Part shown: positions 7,857 through 16,826 of the stretch, one piece after another
Position numbering within the stretch: the first letter of the stretch is position 1
How the letters are laid out: each line of letters opens with the position of its first letter
Assembly: GCA_964576615.1 (NCBI GenBank)
Contig: CAZNUU010000005.1
Span: forward strand, 1-50,484
From: an uncultured Candidatus Saccharibacteria bacterium
GTDB lineage: Bacteria > Patescibacteriota > Minisyncoccia > Phycocordibacterales > DATDWN01
DNA: 50,484 bases
Direction of reading: 5' to 3'
Notes under the pieces: generated by a model
Databases searched by the model: none
Seen by the model: the letters and a program-made list of their open reading frames with translations, nothing else
What the model was told of the DNA's origin: nothing
Program-made: the position numbers and the translations under genes

Positions 7857-8891
7857 TTAGAAGTTAAAGACTGGAGGTATTACTCCAATCACTACAAGAC
7901 TATTAATGATATTGAACAAAGCAAACATAATAACGACAAGACCTGCTGTCTTGAAGAAAATACCCGCTTTTGAACTGTTTTGAATGCTGAACGAACTAAA
8001 ACTGATAAGAGCAAGAACTGGTAATGTACCGAAAGCAAATGAAAGCATGGTCAATCCTCCCTTGAGGAAACTGCCTGTGGTAAGAGTATATAACTGCATT
8101 GATTGAGTAAAACCGCATGGTAGAAAAAACGTAGCAATTCCCACAAGAAGTGGTGTGAGTGTGTGATTAAATTTAGAAACTCCCAAAGCATGCTTAGAGA
8201 GAAACTTTGGCATTGATGGTTGCAATTTTTTCGCCCACGGGAACACATCCAATAGATTAATTCCAAGAATGAGCATCACAATACCGATGAACAAACTTAA
8301 TACGAATGTTGCATTGGTATTAAGTGTAAATGCAGAACCAATCGCTCCAACCACACCACCGAGAACAAAGAACGATATAATACGACCTCCATGAAAGAGA
8401 AGTTGCGGTTTTATTTTGTCTCCTTCTTTAGCAAATGTTGCTGACATTGAAAGTAATAGACCACCAACGACAGCCATGCACGTAGAGAGCGATGCGATGA
8501 TGCCTATCACAAAAGCAGTTCCATATGAGACGTTACCTCCATGCACTAGATTTACTAGTCCTAATTTTTGAAGAACAACAAACAAAATTCCAAAGCCAAT
8601 AGCTATGGGAAGGGCATATATGAAGTCGGTCCATTTTTTCTCCTTAGTAACTTTTTCTGTTGAGAGACTGTAACCATGTTTGAGTAATACCTGTGTGAGT
8701 TCTTCTGCAATACTTTCTTTTGATTTATCACCAAAATTTCCAGTTATTTCAACTGAATGAGTATGCAGACTTGATTTCGCCTTTGTGACATATGAGACTT
8801 CTTCTAACTCACTTTCAGTTAGAAGTATACACGCATTGCAGTGCATACCAGCAATGTGAAATGTATGTGTTTTTAGTATTTGGGTATTCAT
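7857..8891 (-). CDS. HMA domain plus sulfite exporter TauE/DsbD_2-type membrane protein
   Basis: GMHCNAC metal-binding motif, then SLSTCMAVVGG and FFLPCGFTQ. Confidence 0.85.
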   Translation of the reverse strand: MNTQILKTHTFHIAGMHCNACILLTESELEEVSYVTKAKSSLHTHSVEITGNFGDKSKESIAEELTQVLLKHGYSLSTEKVTKEKKWTDFIYALPIAIGFGILFVVLQKLGLVNLVHGGNVSYGTAFVIGIIASLSTCMAVVGGLLLSMSATFAKEGDKIKPQLLFHGGRIISFFVLGGVVGAIGSAFTLNTNATFVLSLFIGIVMLILGINLLDVFPWAKKLQPSMPKFLSKHALGVSKFNHTLTPLLVGIATFFLPCGFTQSMQLYTLTTGSFLKGGLTMLSFAFGTLPVLALISFSSFSIQNSSKAGIFFKTAGLVVIMFALFNIINSLVVIGVIPPVFNF

Positions 8892-8892
8892 G

Positions 8893-11190
8893 TTAGTTTA
8901 GTTTTTTAGTCTTCAATCTCAGTGAATTCGAGACAACAGAAACACTTGAGAGTGCCATTGCAAAACCTGCAAATACTGGAGAAAGTAACCAACCAAATAT
9001 TGGATAGAACAAACCTCCTGCAAGTGGAATGCCAACAATGTTGTAGATGAATGCCCAAAAGAGATTTTGCTTGATACCTCTCATAGTCATTTTTGAAAGA
9101 TATATTGCTTTAACTAACTTTGAAATATCTCCGTGCAAAAGCGTAATTCCAGCACTTTCAATTGCCACATCAGTTCCAGTTGCCATAGCGATACCGACAT
9201 CTGCTTGCGCAAGTGCTGGAGCATCATTTACTCCATCACCTGCCATAGCAACAATTTCTCCATGAGATTGTAATTCTTTGATTTTATCGAGTTTATCCTC
9301 TGGCAATACTTCCGCAACTACCTCATCAATACCAACTTGTTTTGCAATATGTCGTGCGGTATTTACATCATCCCCAGTAAGCATGACAATTTTTATTCCT
9401 AGTTTATGAAGACGAGAAATTGCTTCTATTGCCACTGGTTTTACTGCATCAGCGACCATGACAACCCCAAGCACTTTTTCTTTTGTTGCTAATACAACAG
9501 GAGTTTTACCCTCACTCGTTTCTTTCTCAATTGATTTTGTATCCAATGAGAGATTAAGATCACCGATAAGTTTTATATTCCCAGCAAAATACTCTGTCCC
9601 TGAAATTACTCCTTTCAATCCTTTGCCTTTAATTGCTTCAAAATGTTCTACCGATATTGTTGCAATACCTTTTTCTTTGCTGTAGGAGACGATAGCATCG
9701 GCAATAGGATGTTCTGATTTCTTTTCAAGTGATGAAAGAATTGAGACAAGTTCATCATCACTTTTTGTTGATAAGTTTTGTATTGAGACAAGTTCAGGTT
9801 TTCCTCGGGTCAACGTTCCCGTTTTGTCCACCACGATTGTTGTAACTTTGTGTAATTTCTCCAGTGTGCTTGCATCTTTTATAAGTATTCCTTCTTTTGC
9901 TCCTTTTCCAACCCCCACGATGATTGCTGTAGGTGTTGCAAGACCCAATGCACATGGGCAAGCAATGACAAGAATACCGACAAAGGAAACTAAACCAAAT
10001 GATAGAGCCTGAGAAAGACCGAGATACTGAGTTCCGAGAAGAAGCCATGTGCCAAGAGAAAGAAAAGCTAAGACCAAAACTATCGGCACAAAAACACTTG
10101 AGATTTTATCTGCTAACGCCTGTATCGGAGCACGACTTCCTTGGGCTTCTTCCACCATTTTGACGATATGAGCAAGCATTGTTTCAGAACCGACTTTAGT
10201 AGCTTTGAACGTAAATGAACCTGAGGTATTTAGTGTTCCCGAAACAACACTGTCACCTACATTCTTTTGCACTGGTATAGGCTCACCTGTAATCATTGCC
10301 TCATCAACATATGATGAACCTTCGGTTACAATTCCATCAACAGGGATTTTTCCTGCTGGTTTTACGATAATTAAATCACCATGCATCACTTGTTCAATCG
10401 GTATTTCAATTTCTTTTCCATCTTTTATAACTAGAGCGGTTTTAGCTTGTAGATTGAGAAGTTTCTCTATAGCATCTCCAGTTTTAAGTTTTGAGCGTGC
10501 TTCAAGATATTTTCCGAGAGCGATGAATGTTATGACAACAATGGTCACGTCATAGTATGTATGGTCAACATTGATGAGTGGTCTCAGTGTTTCTTCAAAA
10601 GCAGTAATGATAAAGCTATAGAGAAATGCCACCGATGTACCAATGCCTATGAGAGTATCCATGTTTGCTTTGCCGTATCGTATGAAGCGATAGAAACCTA
10701 GAAGGTACGGTTTACCAACAACAAAGAGCGTATAGGTGGCAAATATAGGTAATAAATGATGGAAGAACTCGCTCCAAATGTACGGCATAACTGGAGCTAT
10801 TTTGAATTGAATTAAAATATCCCACGCCATGACAAAGATACTGAAAACAGCAAGTGGCAGTGCAGAAAATACTTTGTTACGCATATCTTTAATTTCTGCC
10901 AACTTTTCAGATTTTGATTGGTTAAGTCCTAAATGCTGAGCATGTTCACTTTCTGACATTCCCATTTCTTCTGCTGTTGGAAGAACAATTGAATACCCGA
11001 GTGGTTCAATTTTCTCTGAGAGATGATGAGGGCTTGTCTTCATCTCATCAAATGAGAGTTTGGCTTTTTCAGTTCCATAATTTACTTCCACAGAATGAAC
11101 ACCGTCTGTCTTTTTGAGTGTTTTTTCTATGATGCTTGCACAGGAAGCACAATGCATTCCTTTTATTTGATATGTATTAGATTGGGTCAT
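8893..11190 (-). CDS. copA: Copper-translocating P1B-type ATPase
   Basis: [41 protein letters not shown] and MALSS motifs. Confidence 0.92.
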   Translation of the reverse strand: MTQSNTYQIKGMHCASCASIIEKTLKKTDGVHSVEVNYGTEKAKLSFDEMKTSPHHLSEKIEPLGYSIVLPTAEEMGMSESEHAQHLGLNQSKSEKLAEIKDMRNKVFSALPLAVFSIFVMAWDILIQFKIAPVMPYIWSEFFHHLLPIFATYTLFVVGKPYLLGFYRFIRYGKANMDTLIGIGTSVAFLYSFIITAFEETLRPLINVDHTYYDVTIVVITFIALGKYLEARSKLKTGDAIEKLLNLQAKTALVIKDGKEIEIPIEQVMHGDLIIVKPAGKIPVDGIVTEGSSYVDEAMITGEPIPVQKNVGDSVVSGTLNTSGSFTFKATKVGSETMLAHIVKMVEEAQGSRAPIQALADKISSVFVPIVLVLAFLSLGTWLLLGTQYLGLSQALSFGLVSFVGILVIACPCALGLATPTAIIVGVGKGAKEGILIKDASTLEKLHKVTTIVVDKTGTLTRGKPELVSIQNLSTKSDDELVSILSSLEKKSEHPIADAIVSYSKEKGIATISVEHFEAIKGKGLKGVISGTEYFAGNIKLIGDLNLSLDTKSIEKETSEGKTPVVLATKEKVLGVVMVADAVKPVAIEAISRLHKLGIKIVMLTGDDVNTARHIAKQVGIDEVVAEVLPEDKLDKIKELQSHGEIVAMAGDGVNDAPALAQADVGIAMATGTDVAIESAGITLLHGDISKLVKAIYLSKMTMRGIKQNLFWAFIYNIVGIPLAGGLFYPIFGWLLSPVFAGFAMALSSVSVVSNSLRLKTKKLN

Positions 11191-11260
11191 ATGTGTTACT
11201 AGCTGATAAGAAAAGTCTACGACAAAATTGTGTCGTATAAAACATCAAATAGGGAGGAAC

Positions 11261-11677
11261 TTAAAAAAGCTTTGGGTTAAGAATGCCGTTTGAGAAAAGT
11301 TCTTGGAAAGAATGGGTCAGAGGTATGTATTTTGAATACTCACCAAAATTAGGTTGTGTGAATAGATTTCTTGGAGGAGAAAATAACCGTTTAATCCAAA
11401 AGACAAACAATACTACAGAAACTAGGAGTAGAATAAGAAGAGTTATATTTTGAGATGGAATACTTGTAAAAAAACTTTGCCACATAGAAATATGTTCAAA
11501 GGGAGACATCTTACAAATGACACCTCCAATCATAAACGGGCAATCCTCCACAGACATTTTTCCGTCCATCCCCATATTCATATTGAAGTGAGATAGACCA
11601 AAGACACCAAGAAATAGGAAAGATATGAAGGCAAAAATAAGGAATGATTTAGCTATATTATTCAGTGTAATTAACAT
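11261..11677 (-). CDS. Small Met/Cys/His-rich membrane protein upstream of copA
   Basis: Two TM segments around HFNMNMGMDGKM..DCPFM..IC.M..FEH. Start set at 11677 because TATACT lies 7 nt upstream. Confidence 0.6.
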   Translation of the reverse strand: MLITLNNIAKSFLIFAFISFLFLGVFGLSHFNMNMGMDGKMSVEDCPFMIGGVICKMSPFEHISMWQSFFTSIPSQNITLLILLLVSVVLFVFWIKRLFSPPRNLFTQPNFGEYSKYIPLTHSFQELFSNGILNPKLF

Positions 11678-11826
11678 TAAATATAGTATACCAAAAAATG
11701 ATAATAAAGAAAAATCACCCAATGGGTGATTTTTCTTCTTGAATACTGCTCTCAGCAGGTATGCGGTGGCGGAATAGATACTCGCTCGTTATCGACGCGT
11801 CTCGAGCGCGATAACCTAGCACGAGT

Positions 11827-11900
11827 TGGCTGCGGGACTTGGGCTCGAACCAAGATAAACGGTTCCAGAAACCGTTGTCCTACCATTAGACGATCCCGCA
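11827..11900 (-). tRNA. tRNA-Gln(CTG), CCA encoded
   Basis: Cloverleaf with TGCGGGA/TCCCGCA acceptor, anticodon arm ACGGT-TTCTGGA-ACCGT and TTCGAGC T-loop. Confidence 0.95.
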
Positions 11901-11926
11901 ATTCATTTAGAATATCGAAAAAATTA

Positions 11927-12265
11927 CTATATTTCAAATGCGATTAGTCCGTACTTTTTTATTTTCTCCTCGTAGCCTGGATAACTATGCCAAGCTTTTA
12001 TAGCTTCAGCTTTTGTTTTGGTAGCAGGGTTGATCTGGTTTGGCTTCCATCTTTTTAAAATTGCATCAATGGATTTAAAATGAGAAACTTTTTTAACTTT
12101 CTTTTCTAACTTTTTACCTCCACAACACAGAACAATGATGTCCCCTTCTTTTATTTTCCTATATTTAATCGATCCAGCTCGAGTCTCAATTTTTTTCTTG
12201 CCACTTTTTATGTAATCAAAAGTATCTTTATTTATTTCTGCAACTCTAAGAATATGTTTTTTCAT
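11927..12265 (-). CDS. ASCH domain protein
   Basis: F..IKSGKKKIETR....Y..IKEGD.I motif. Confidence 0.8.
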   Translation of the reverse strand: MKKHILRVAEINKDTFDYIKSGKKKIETRAGSIKYRKIKEGDIIVLCCGGKKLEKKVKKVSHFKSIDAILKRWKPNQINPATKTKAEAIKAWHSYPGYEEKIKKYGLIAFEI

Positions 12266-12279
12266 TTATTTAGATAGGT

Positions 12280-12305
12280 TGAGGCGACGGTTTCCCATCG
12301 CCTCA
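12280..12305 (-). terminator. Terminator-like hairpin
   Basis: TGAGGCGA/TCGCCTCA stem after the stop at 12310. Confidence 0.5.
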
Positions 12306-12309
12306 TAAT

Positions 12310-12543
12310 TTACGTCTCCCGATCTACCCTGTGCCGCCTGAGCCACCCATCCACCTTCCTGGCCCCCTGGAAAGTGAAGAACCCGGTGTAGTAGGAAAGC
12401 CCCTTCTCACCTGCATTACCCTTCATCGGCCGGGTAACAGGTGTGATCATCTTTCGACGCAGGAACTCCTCAAAATCGTAGAGGAGACCAGGGCTTACAG
12501 ACTTAATGTCCATCATGACAACCCGTTTCCGCATATACGGCAC
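12310..12543 (-). CDS. GC-rich orphan hypothetical protein
   Basis: AGGAGG lies 5 nt before a GTG start, and a hairpin follows the stop. Confidence 0.55.
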   Translation of the reverse strand: MPYMRKRVVMMDIKSVSPGLLYDFEEFLRRKMITPVTRPMKGNAGEKGLSYYTGFFTFQGARKVDGWLRRHRVDRET

Positions 12544-12591
12544 AAAAACCTCCTACACAATTTCTACACGAAAGAGAGCTCCTGTGTCAAA

Positions 12592-13518
12592 TTAGACCCT
12601 TAGGTATTTCCTGGTTGCAAGATAAGAAGAGACCGCACCTATGAAAATGCCCGAACAAACTAAAATAAGAAAGATTTCGCCAAAATTTGCAGTGTAGTAG
12701 TCAAAAATACTGAAACCGACAAAGAAATTCTGAGTCGTACTACCGAGCCACAGGGTCATGGGGTAAAACAATATAAGAGTAAGGATGGCAGAAACAAAAC
12801 CATATATCGCACCCGCCACAAAAAACGGTCCGCGAATGTAGCTCGCTGATGCTCCGACGAGTCGCATTACCGAAATCTCATCGCGAGACATATAGATAAC
12901 CAAACGAAGTGTGTTAAATGTAATTAGTACAGAAATAACAATGAGAAATAGGGTGAGAATGAATCCAAGTTTGTCCGCGGAATTTATTATATTAGACAAT
13001 CTGTCTATGGCATCTTTATTTTGATAATAATTTATCTTGTCGATGATGCTTGAGCCTGGAAGGGCTGCCTCGCTTTTACTTTGTAGAAACTGGGCAATAC
13101 CTTCGTATTGAGATGGATCCTTGGCTTTAATATTTAAAGTCGCACCTAGCGGATTCTGGCCAAGTTCATCCAGAGCTTGTAGAGTAAACTGATCATTTTG
13201 ATGACGCTCCTTGAACTGTGCCAAGACATCATCTCGCGAGACATAGGTTACGGACTTTACTTCTGGCAACTGCTCCAAACTTTTTTTCATGGCCAGGATA
13301 TCGTCTTCATTTGCAGAAGTAACAAAATAGACATTTATATCAACTTTATCTTTGATTTGCTGGAGAGTAGTTTGAAGTATTGCTCCAGAGAAAATAGTAA
13401 AGCCAATCACCGAGAGCGTAACCATCATGATGAGAATCGAGGAAAGAGAGACAAAAGTATTGCGCCAGAAGCCAAAGAATCCAGACCGTATTACTCTTTT
13501 TATTTTTACCCAAGACAT
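12592..13518 (-). CDS. ftsX: Cell division permease FtsX
   Basis: Four TM segments, NPL motif, NTLRL.I..R.EI.VMRLVGA...IRGPF; downstream of ftsE. Confidence 0.92.
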   Translation of the reverse strand: MSWVKIKRVIRSGFFGFWRNTFVSLSSILIMMVTLSVIGFTIFSGAILQTTLQQIKDKVDINVYFVTSANEDDILAMKKSLEQLPEVKSVTYVSRDDVLAQFKERHQNDQFTLQALDELGQNPLGATLNIKAKDPSQYEGIAQFLQSKSEAALPGSSIIDKINYYQNKDAIDRLSNIINSADKLGFILTLFLIVISVLITFNTLRLVIYMSRDEISVMRLVGASASYIRGPFFVAGAIYGFVSAILTLILFYPMTLWLGSTTQNFFVGFSIFDYYTANFGEIFLILVCSGIFIGAVSSYLATRKYLRV

Positions 13519-13527
13519 GAATGATAT

Positions 13528-13661
13528 TTAATGAGCGGAGCGATTATAAAAATCTTTATCCAGCCCTTTGGATTAATTGTACCACCAAAAACATCTGGAT
13601 TCTTCTTGTTACTGAATATATTATTTTGCATAATTTTGTATGTGAATCCAAAGGGCTGGAT
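13528..13661. repeat. Intergenic element: conserved 27-bp head plus 17-bp inverted repeat (copy 1)
   Basis: TTAATGAGCGGAGCGATTATAAAAATC (13528-13554), then arms 13558-13574 and 13645-13661, which are perfect reverse complements. Confidence 0.75.
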
Positions 13662-13692
13662 CATGAAAATTATCTCGCTACTCTCGTAATTT

Positions 13693-14373
13693 TCAAATGA
13701 TATATTTACCCTCTTGATCATCCCTGATAATTTTACCGTTCTCCATGGTGATAACACGCTTGCGTAGCGAGTCAATCACCCCCTTGTTGTGGGTAGTTAG
13801 AATCACAGTAGTGCCAAGATCATTAATTTTTTTCAAAATTTGTACAACATCAAAAGTGTTAAGTGGGTCAAGATTTCCGGTTGGCTCATCTGCCACAATA
13901 ACATCAGGTTGATTGACAATAGCCCGAGCAATTGAAACTCGTTGTTTCTCACCGCCGGATAGTTCGCCTGGAAAATTCCAAATTTTCTTGCCTAGATCCA
14001 CCAAGTCGAGAACGTGTGGCACATCAGCCTCAATCTCCTCGTCAGTTCTACCAGCCGCTTCCATGGCAAAAGCAATGTTCTCATATACATTTTTGTCAGG
14101 TAAAAGCCTGAAATCCTGGAAAACTACCCCGATTCTACGCCTAAATTCATTAACATCGTTCCTTTTGAGCTTGCCAATCTCCATGGAATCGAAGAAAACC
14201 TGTCCCTCTGTCGGTTTCTCCTCGCCCAGAAGCATTTTGATAAGAGTCGTCTTGCCTGCCCCAGAGTGCCCCACAACAGAAACAAACTCCTTAGGCGAGA
14301 TTTGGAGGGTAACATTGTCTAGTGCAATAGAGTTGTCTAGATATATTTTTGAAACTTTATCAAAGCGAATCAT
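13693..14373 (-). CDS. ftsE: Cell division ATPase FtsE
   Basis: GHSGAGKTT, VVFQDFRLL, LSGGEKQRV, ADEPTGNLDP. Confidence 0.93.
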   Translation of the reverse strand: MIRFDKVSKIYLDNSIALDNVTLQISPKEFVSVVGHSGAGKTTLIKMLLGEEKPTEGQVFFDSMEIGKLKRNDVNEFRRRIGVVFQDFRLLPDKNVYENIAFAMEAAGRTDEEIEADVPHVLDLVDLGKKIWNFPGELSGGEKQRVSIARAIVNQPDVIVADEPTGNLDPLNTFDVVQILKKINDLGTTVILTTHNKGVIDSLRKRVITMENGKIIRDDQEGKYII

Positions 14374-14435
14374 GACTTAAACATTATAAACTATTGACCT
14401 ATTCCCGCAATTATTTTAGGGACTTTTCTGCCAGC

Positions 14436-15314
14436 CTAAAGCTCTCGCTCGGCCAAGATAAATTCATCAATCTCTCCGTCTAAAACTGCGTCCACTTTTG
14501 ATGTTTCTACGTTAGTCCGGTGATCCTTGACCATCTTATATGGATGTAAAACATAGGAGCGAATTTGGTTGCCCCATTCGATCTGGGTTGTTTTGGAAAT
14601 ATACATACCTTTTTCCTTCGAAATTCTTTCTTCTTCCAAAGCTTTATAAATTTTACCTTTCAAAATTTGGAGAGCTTTTTCTTTGTTTTGGGCCTGGGAG
14701 CGTTGGTTATCACTCTGAGCGGAAAGATTTGTGGGGAGATGAACAACTCGCACCGCAGTTTCGCGCTTGTTTACATTTTGTCCTCCCGGACCAGAGGAGC
14801 GAGAGAACTCGACCTTAAGTTCACTCTCTGGAACTTCAAAATCACCTGTCTTTTCAAATTTTGGAATAACTTCAACTAATGAAAAAGATGTGTGCCTCAA
14901 CGACTTCGAACTAAAGGGCGAAATCCTAACTAGACGATGAACTCCGGATTCGTTTTTGAGCGTGCCGTAAACATTTTTACCCGAGATTTCTACAGTAATA
15001 TTGCGATAGCCTCCATGATCATTTTCATTTTGGTGAACAATCGTGACCGCAAACCCCTTCTTAGCACAAAATTTTAAATACATGTTAAGGAGCATGGCTG
15101 AAAAATCCTCAGCATCATCACCGCCTGCCCCCGAGAAAATGGTCATATGCGCATCACCCTTATCATATTTCCCCTCCCCTGCAATCTCCGATTTTAATTC
15201 CTGAATTCTGCGTATAGTAGCCTGAGCCTTATCTTTGTTAGTCCAAAAATTAGCCGAATTCATTTCGGCTTCAAGATTTTCTAACTCTAGCTTAAGGTTG
15301 TCCATACCTGACAT
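14436..15314 (-). CDS. prfB: Peptide chain release factor 2 (short, no frameshift segment)
   Basis: GVHRLVRISPF (SPF), GPGGQNVNK and WGNQIRSYVLHPY motifs. True start is 15314 or 15305, since the track start lies inside a tRNA. Confidence 0.9.
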   Translation of the reverse strand: MSGMDNLKLELENLEAEMNSANFWTNKDKAQATIRRIQELKSEIAGEGKYDKGDAHMTIFSGAGGDDAEDFSAMLLNMYLKFCAKKGFAVTIVHQNENDHGGYRNITVEISGKNVYGTLKNESGVHRLVRISPFSSKSLRHTSFSLVEVIPKFEKTGDFEVPESELKVEFSRSSGPGGQNVNKRETAVRVVHLPTNLSAQSDNQRSQAQNKEKALQILKGKIYKALEEERISKEKGMYISKTTQIEWGNQIRSYVLHPYKMVKDHRTNVETSKVDAVLDGEIDEFILAEREL

Positions 15315-15322
15315 CTTACCAG

Positions 15323-15393
15323 AGCCGAAGATGAGAATCGAACTCATGTTAGTACTTTACGAAAGTACCGTTCTGCCACTGAACTACTTCGGC
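15323..15393 (-). tRNA. tRNA-Thr(CGT), CCA not encoded
   Basis: GCCGAAG/CTTCGGC acceptor, GTTC/GAAC D-stem, GTACT-TTCGTAA-AGTAC anticodon arm, ATGAG-TTCGATT-CTCAT T-arm. Confidence 0.9.
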
Positions 15394-15647
15394 TTCATTT
15401 TAATATAGCCGTCTTTGATAATTTTCTCAATATAGTCTTTCCTTTTTAGTTTCTTTAATCTGCATTCTATATTCCTTGCGACTTTAAGAGAATCGGACTT
15501 CTGTGAAAACACCATGACCAAATCCTTCATTCTCTTTGTAGAATACGTGTGTCCATAATAATGTTGACTGATTCTTCTCTTTAAATCTGTAGTACTACCA
15601 ATATAAAAATTACCTTTTGAATTTTTAAGAATGTATACGTATCCCAT
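15384..15647 (-). CDS. Stand-alone GIY-YIG nuclease; stop codon overlaps tRNA-Thr 5' end
   Basis: MGYVYIL...FYIGST.DL.RR..QH...ST...E.RLKKLK. The TAG stop is tRNA nt 8-10. Confidence 0.88.
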   Translation of the reverse strand: MGYVYILKNSKGNFYIGSTTDLKRRISQHYYGHTYSTKRMKDLVMVFSQKSDSLKVARNIECRLKKLKRKDYIEKIIKDGYIKMKPK

Positions 15648-15652
15648 ATGAA

Positions 15653-15730
15653 CTACCAAAGCCGACGTTTCAGTCGGCTCCCCGACCCCCGAAATACTTC
15701 GTAGGGGCGTCGGGGCTGAGCTACTCTGGC
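15653..15730 (-). pseudogene. tRNA 5' fragment with hairpin insertion in the D-loop
   Basis: GCCAGAGTAGCTCAG (15730-15716), two GC-rich hairpins (CCCCGAC/GTCGGGG and AGCCGAC/GTCGGCT), then TTGGTAG. Confidence 0.65.
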
Positions 15731-15761
15731 TTACTCAGAAGTTTAATTCAGCTCGGGTCAA

Positions 15762-16082
15762 TTAAGCAAGACGAGTTCTTACCAAATTTGTTGTATATAA
15801 GCCTAAATCTCTAAAAAAGAAAACACCGGAGATTAAAACCGAAATTGAAAGTAACTTTACAATCACTCCTGTCTGCCAAAAAGCTTGAGCCAGAAAAGAT
15901 GGAGAACCGTGTGTTAGTAAGACATTTGCAAAGACACTAGGCACCGAGACGAGAAAAGAGAGAGTTAGATACAAACCACAAAGAATTACAAGCTCCGGAA
16001 CAAAAGGATTCTTCAACTTGCGAATTGTATAAAGTACATAGACTCGCCACATTATTCTTTTTTCTAAATTTAATATTTTCAT
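15762..16082 (-). CDS. Small two-TM membrane protein coupled to ECF sigma (possible anti-sigma)
   Basis: Overlaps the sigma factor stop by 4 nt; hydrophobic. Confidence 0.6.
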   Translation of the reverse strand: MKILNLEKRIMWRVYVLYTIRKLKNPFVPELVILCGLYLTLSFLVSVPSVFANVLLTHGSPSFLAQAFWQTGVIVKLLSISVLISGVFFFRDLGLYTTNLVRTRLA

Positions 16083-16630
16083 ATGATTTGTAACATTAAG
16101 TCCTTAAAATATTTTTTGGCCCTATGAATCCGGGAACGCACTGCCACTTCACTCATTCCCTCCTCTTTTGCAATCTCTCTCTGACTCTTCTCTTCAAAAA
16201 AGTAAAGCTTCAAAAAGCGAGAGAGATTTTCTGGCATTTTCTCTAGTGTCGTCTTTACGTAGGAATAATCGCCTTTTAGTTCAAACTCGACTCTGGCCGA
16301 AATATCTAGATCATGAAACTCGAGCCCGACACTCTTGTGCCTTTTCTGCCGATCTAATTCATCTAGGCAAGTGTTGGTAAGTATCCTGTAGGCCCAAGAA
16401 CTAAAACCAGCTCCGGATTCTTCTTTAAACTTGTGCGCATTTTTATAAATCTTGAGAAATGTATCCTGAACGGCATCCTCCGCAGACTCGTGAGAGTAAA
16501 GGATGCTTCGGCCCTTCTTTAAAAACGCTACTTCGTATCTCCTCACAATAATTTCAAACATCCAAGGCTTTTCCAGCGATTCTCTTAAAACTTCCTCATC
16601 TGTTTTTTCTGGGACTATTGTTTCGCTCAT
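16079..16630 (-). CDS. ECF-type RNA polymerase sigma factor
   Basis: AEDAVQDTFLKIY, FSSWAYRI..N and region 4 SQREIA....SEVAVRSRIHRAK. Start probably 16630. Confidence 0.88.
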   Translation of the reverse strand: MSETIVPEKTDEEVLRESLEKPWMFEIIVRRYEVAFLKKGRSILYSHESAEDAVQDTFLKIYKNAHKFKEESGAGFSSWAYRILTNTCLDELDRQKRHKSVGLEFHDLDISARVEFELKGDYSYVKTTLEKMPENLSRFLKLYFFEEKSQREIAKEEGMSEVAVRSRIHRAKKYFKDLMLQII

Positions 16631-16735
16631 AGTGGGAGCTAAGGGTAAAGAGCACATTTTTGTGCTCCACCTTTAGCTATTAATCTCGACCCCTTCATTA
16701 TATTACAACGCAGTAGTGGCCAAAATGTTGCATTG

Positions 16736-16808
16736 AGCCGTTGACGAGACTTGCACTCATGACCTCTGTCTTACCAAGACAGTGCTCTACTACCCGAGCT
16801 CCAACGGC
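16736..16808 (-). tRNA. tRNA-Thr(GGT), CCA not encoded
   Basis: GCCGTTG/CAACGGC acceptor, CTGTC-TTGGTAA-GACAG anticodon arm; non-canonical G8, G14, A18 and G55. Confidence 0.88.
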
Positions 16809-16826
16809 AACTTGGCTATAATATCA

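Noticed and set aside
11235-11263. GGAAC directly before a stop codon, like other sites
   Set aside because: The remainder does not match the consensus.
13506-13775. 89-aa ORF between ftsE and ftsX
   Set aside because: Overlaps both genes and runs through the IR element; not conserved in frame in copy 2.
15315-15347. Track start of prfB, or a hidden programmed frameshift
   Set aside because: The segment is tRNA-Thr, and no CTT-TGA site or upstream RF2 leader exists.
16708-16716. ACGCAGTAG also present near 41707
   Set aside because: 9-bp match in different positions relative to the tRNAs; chance.
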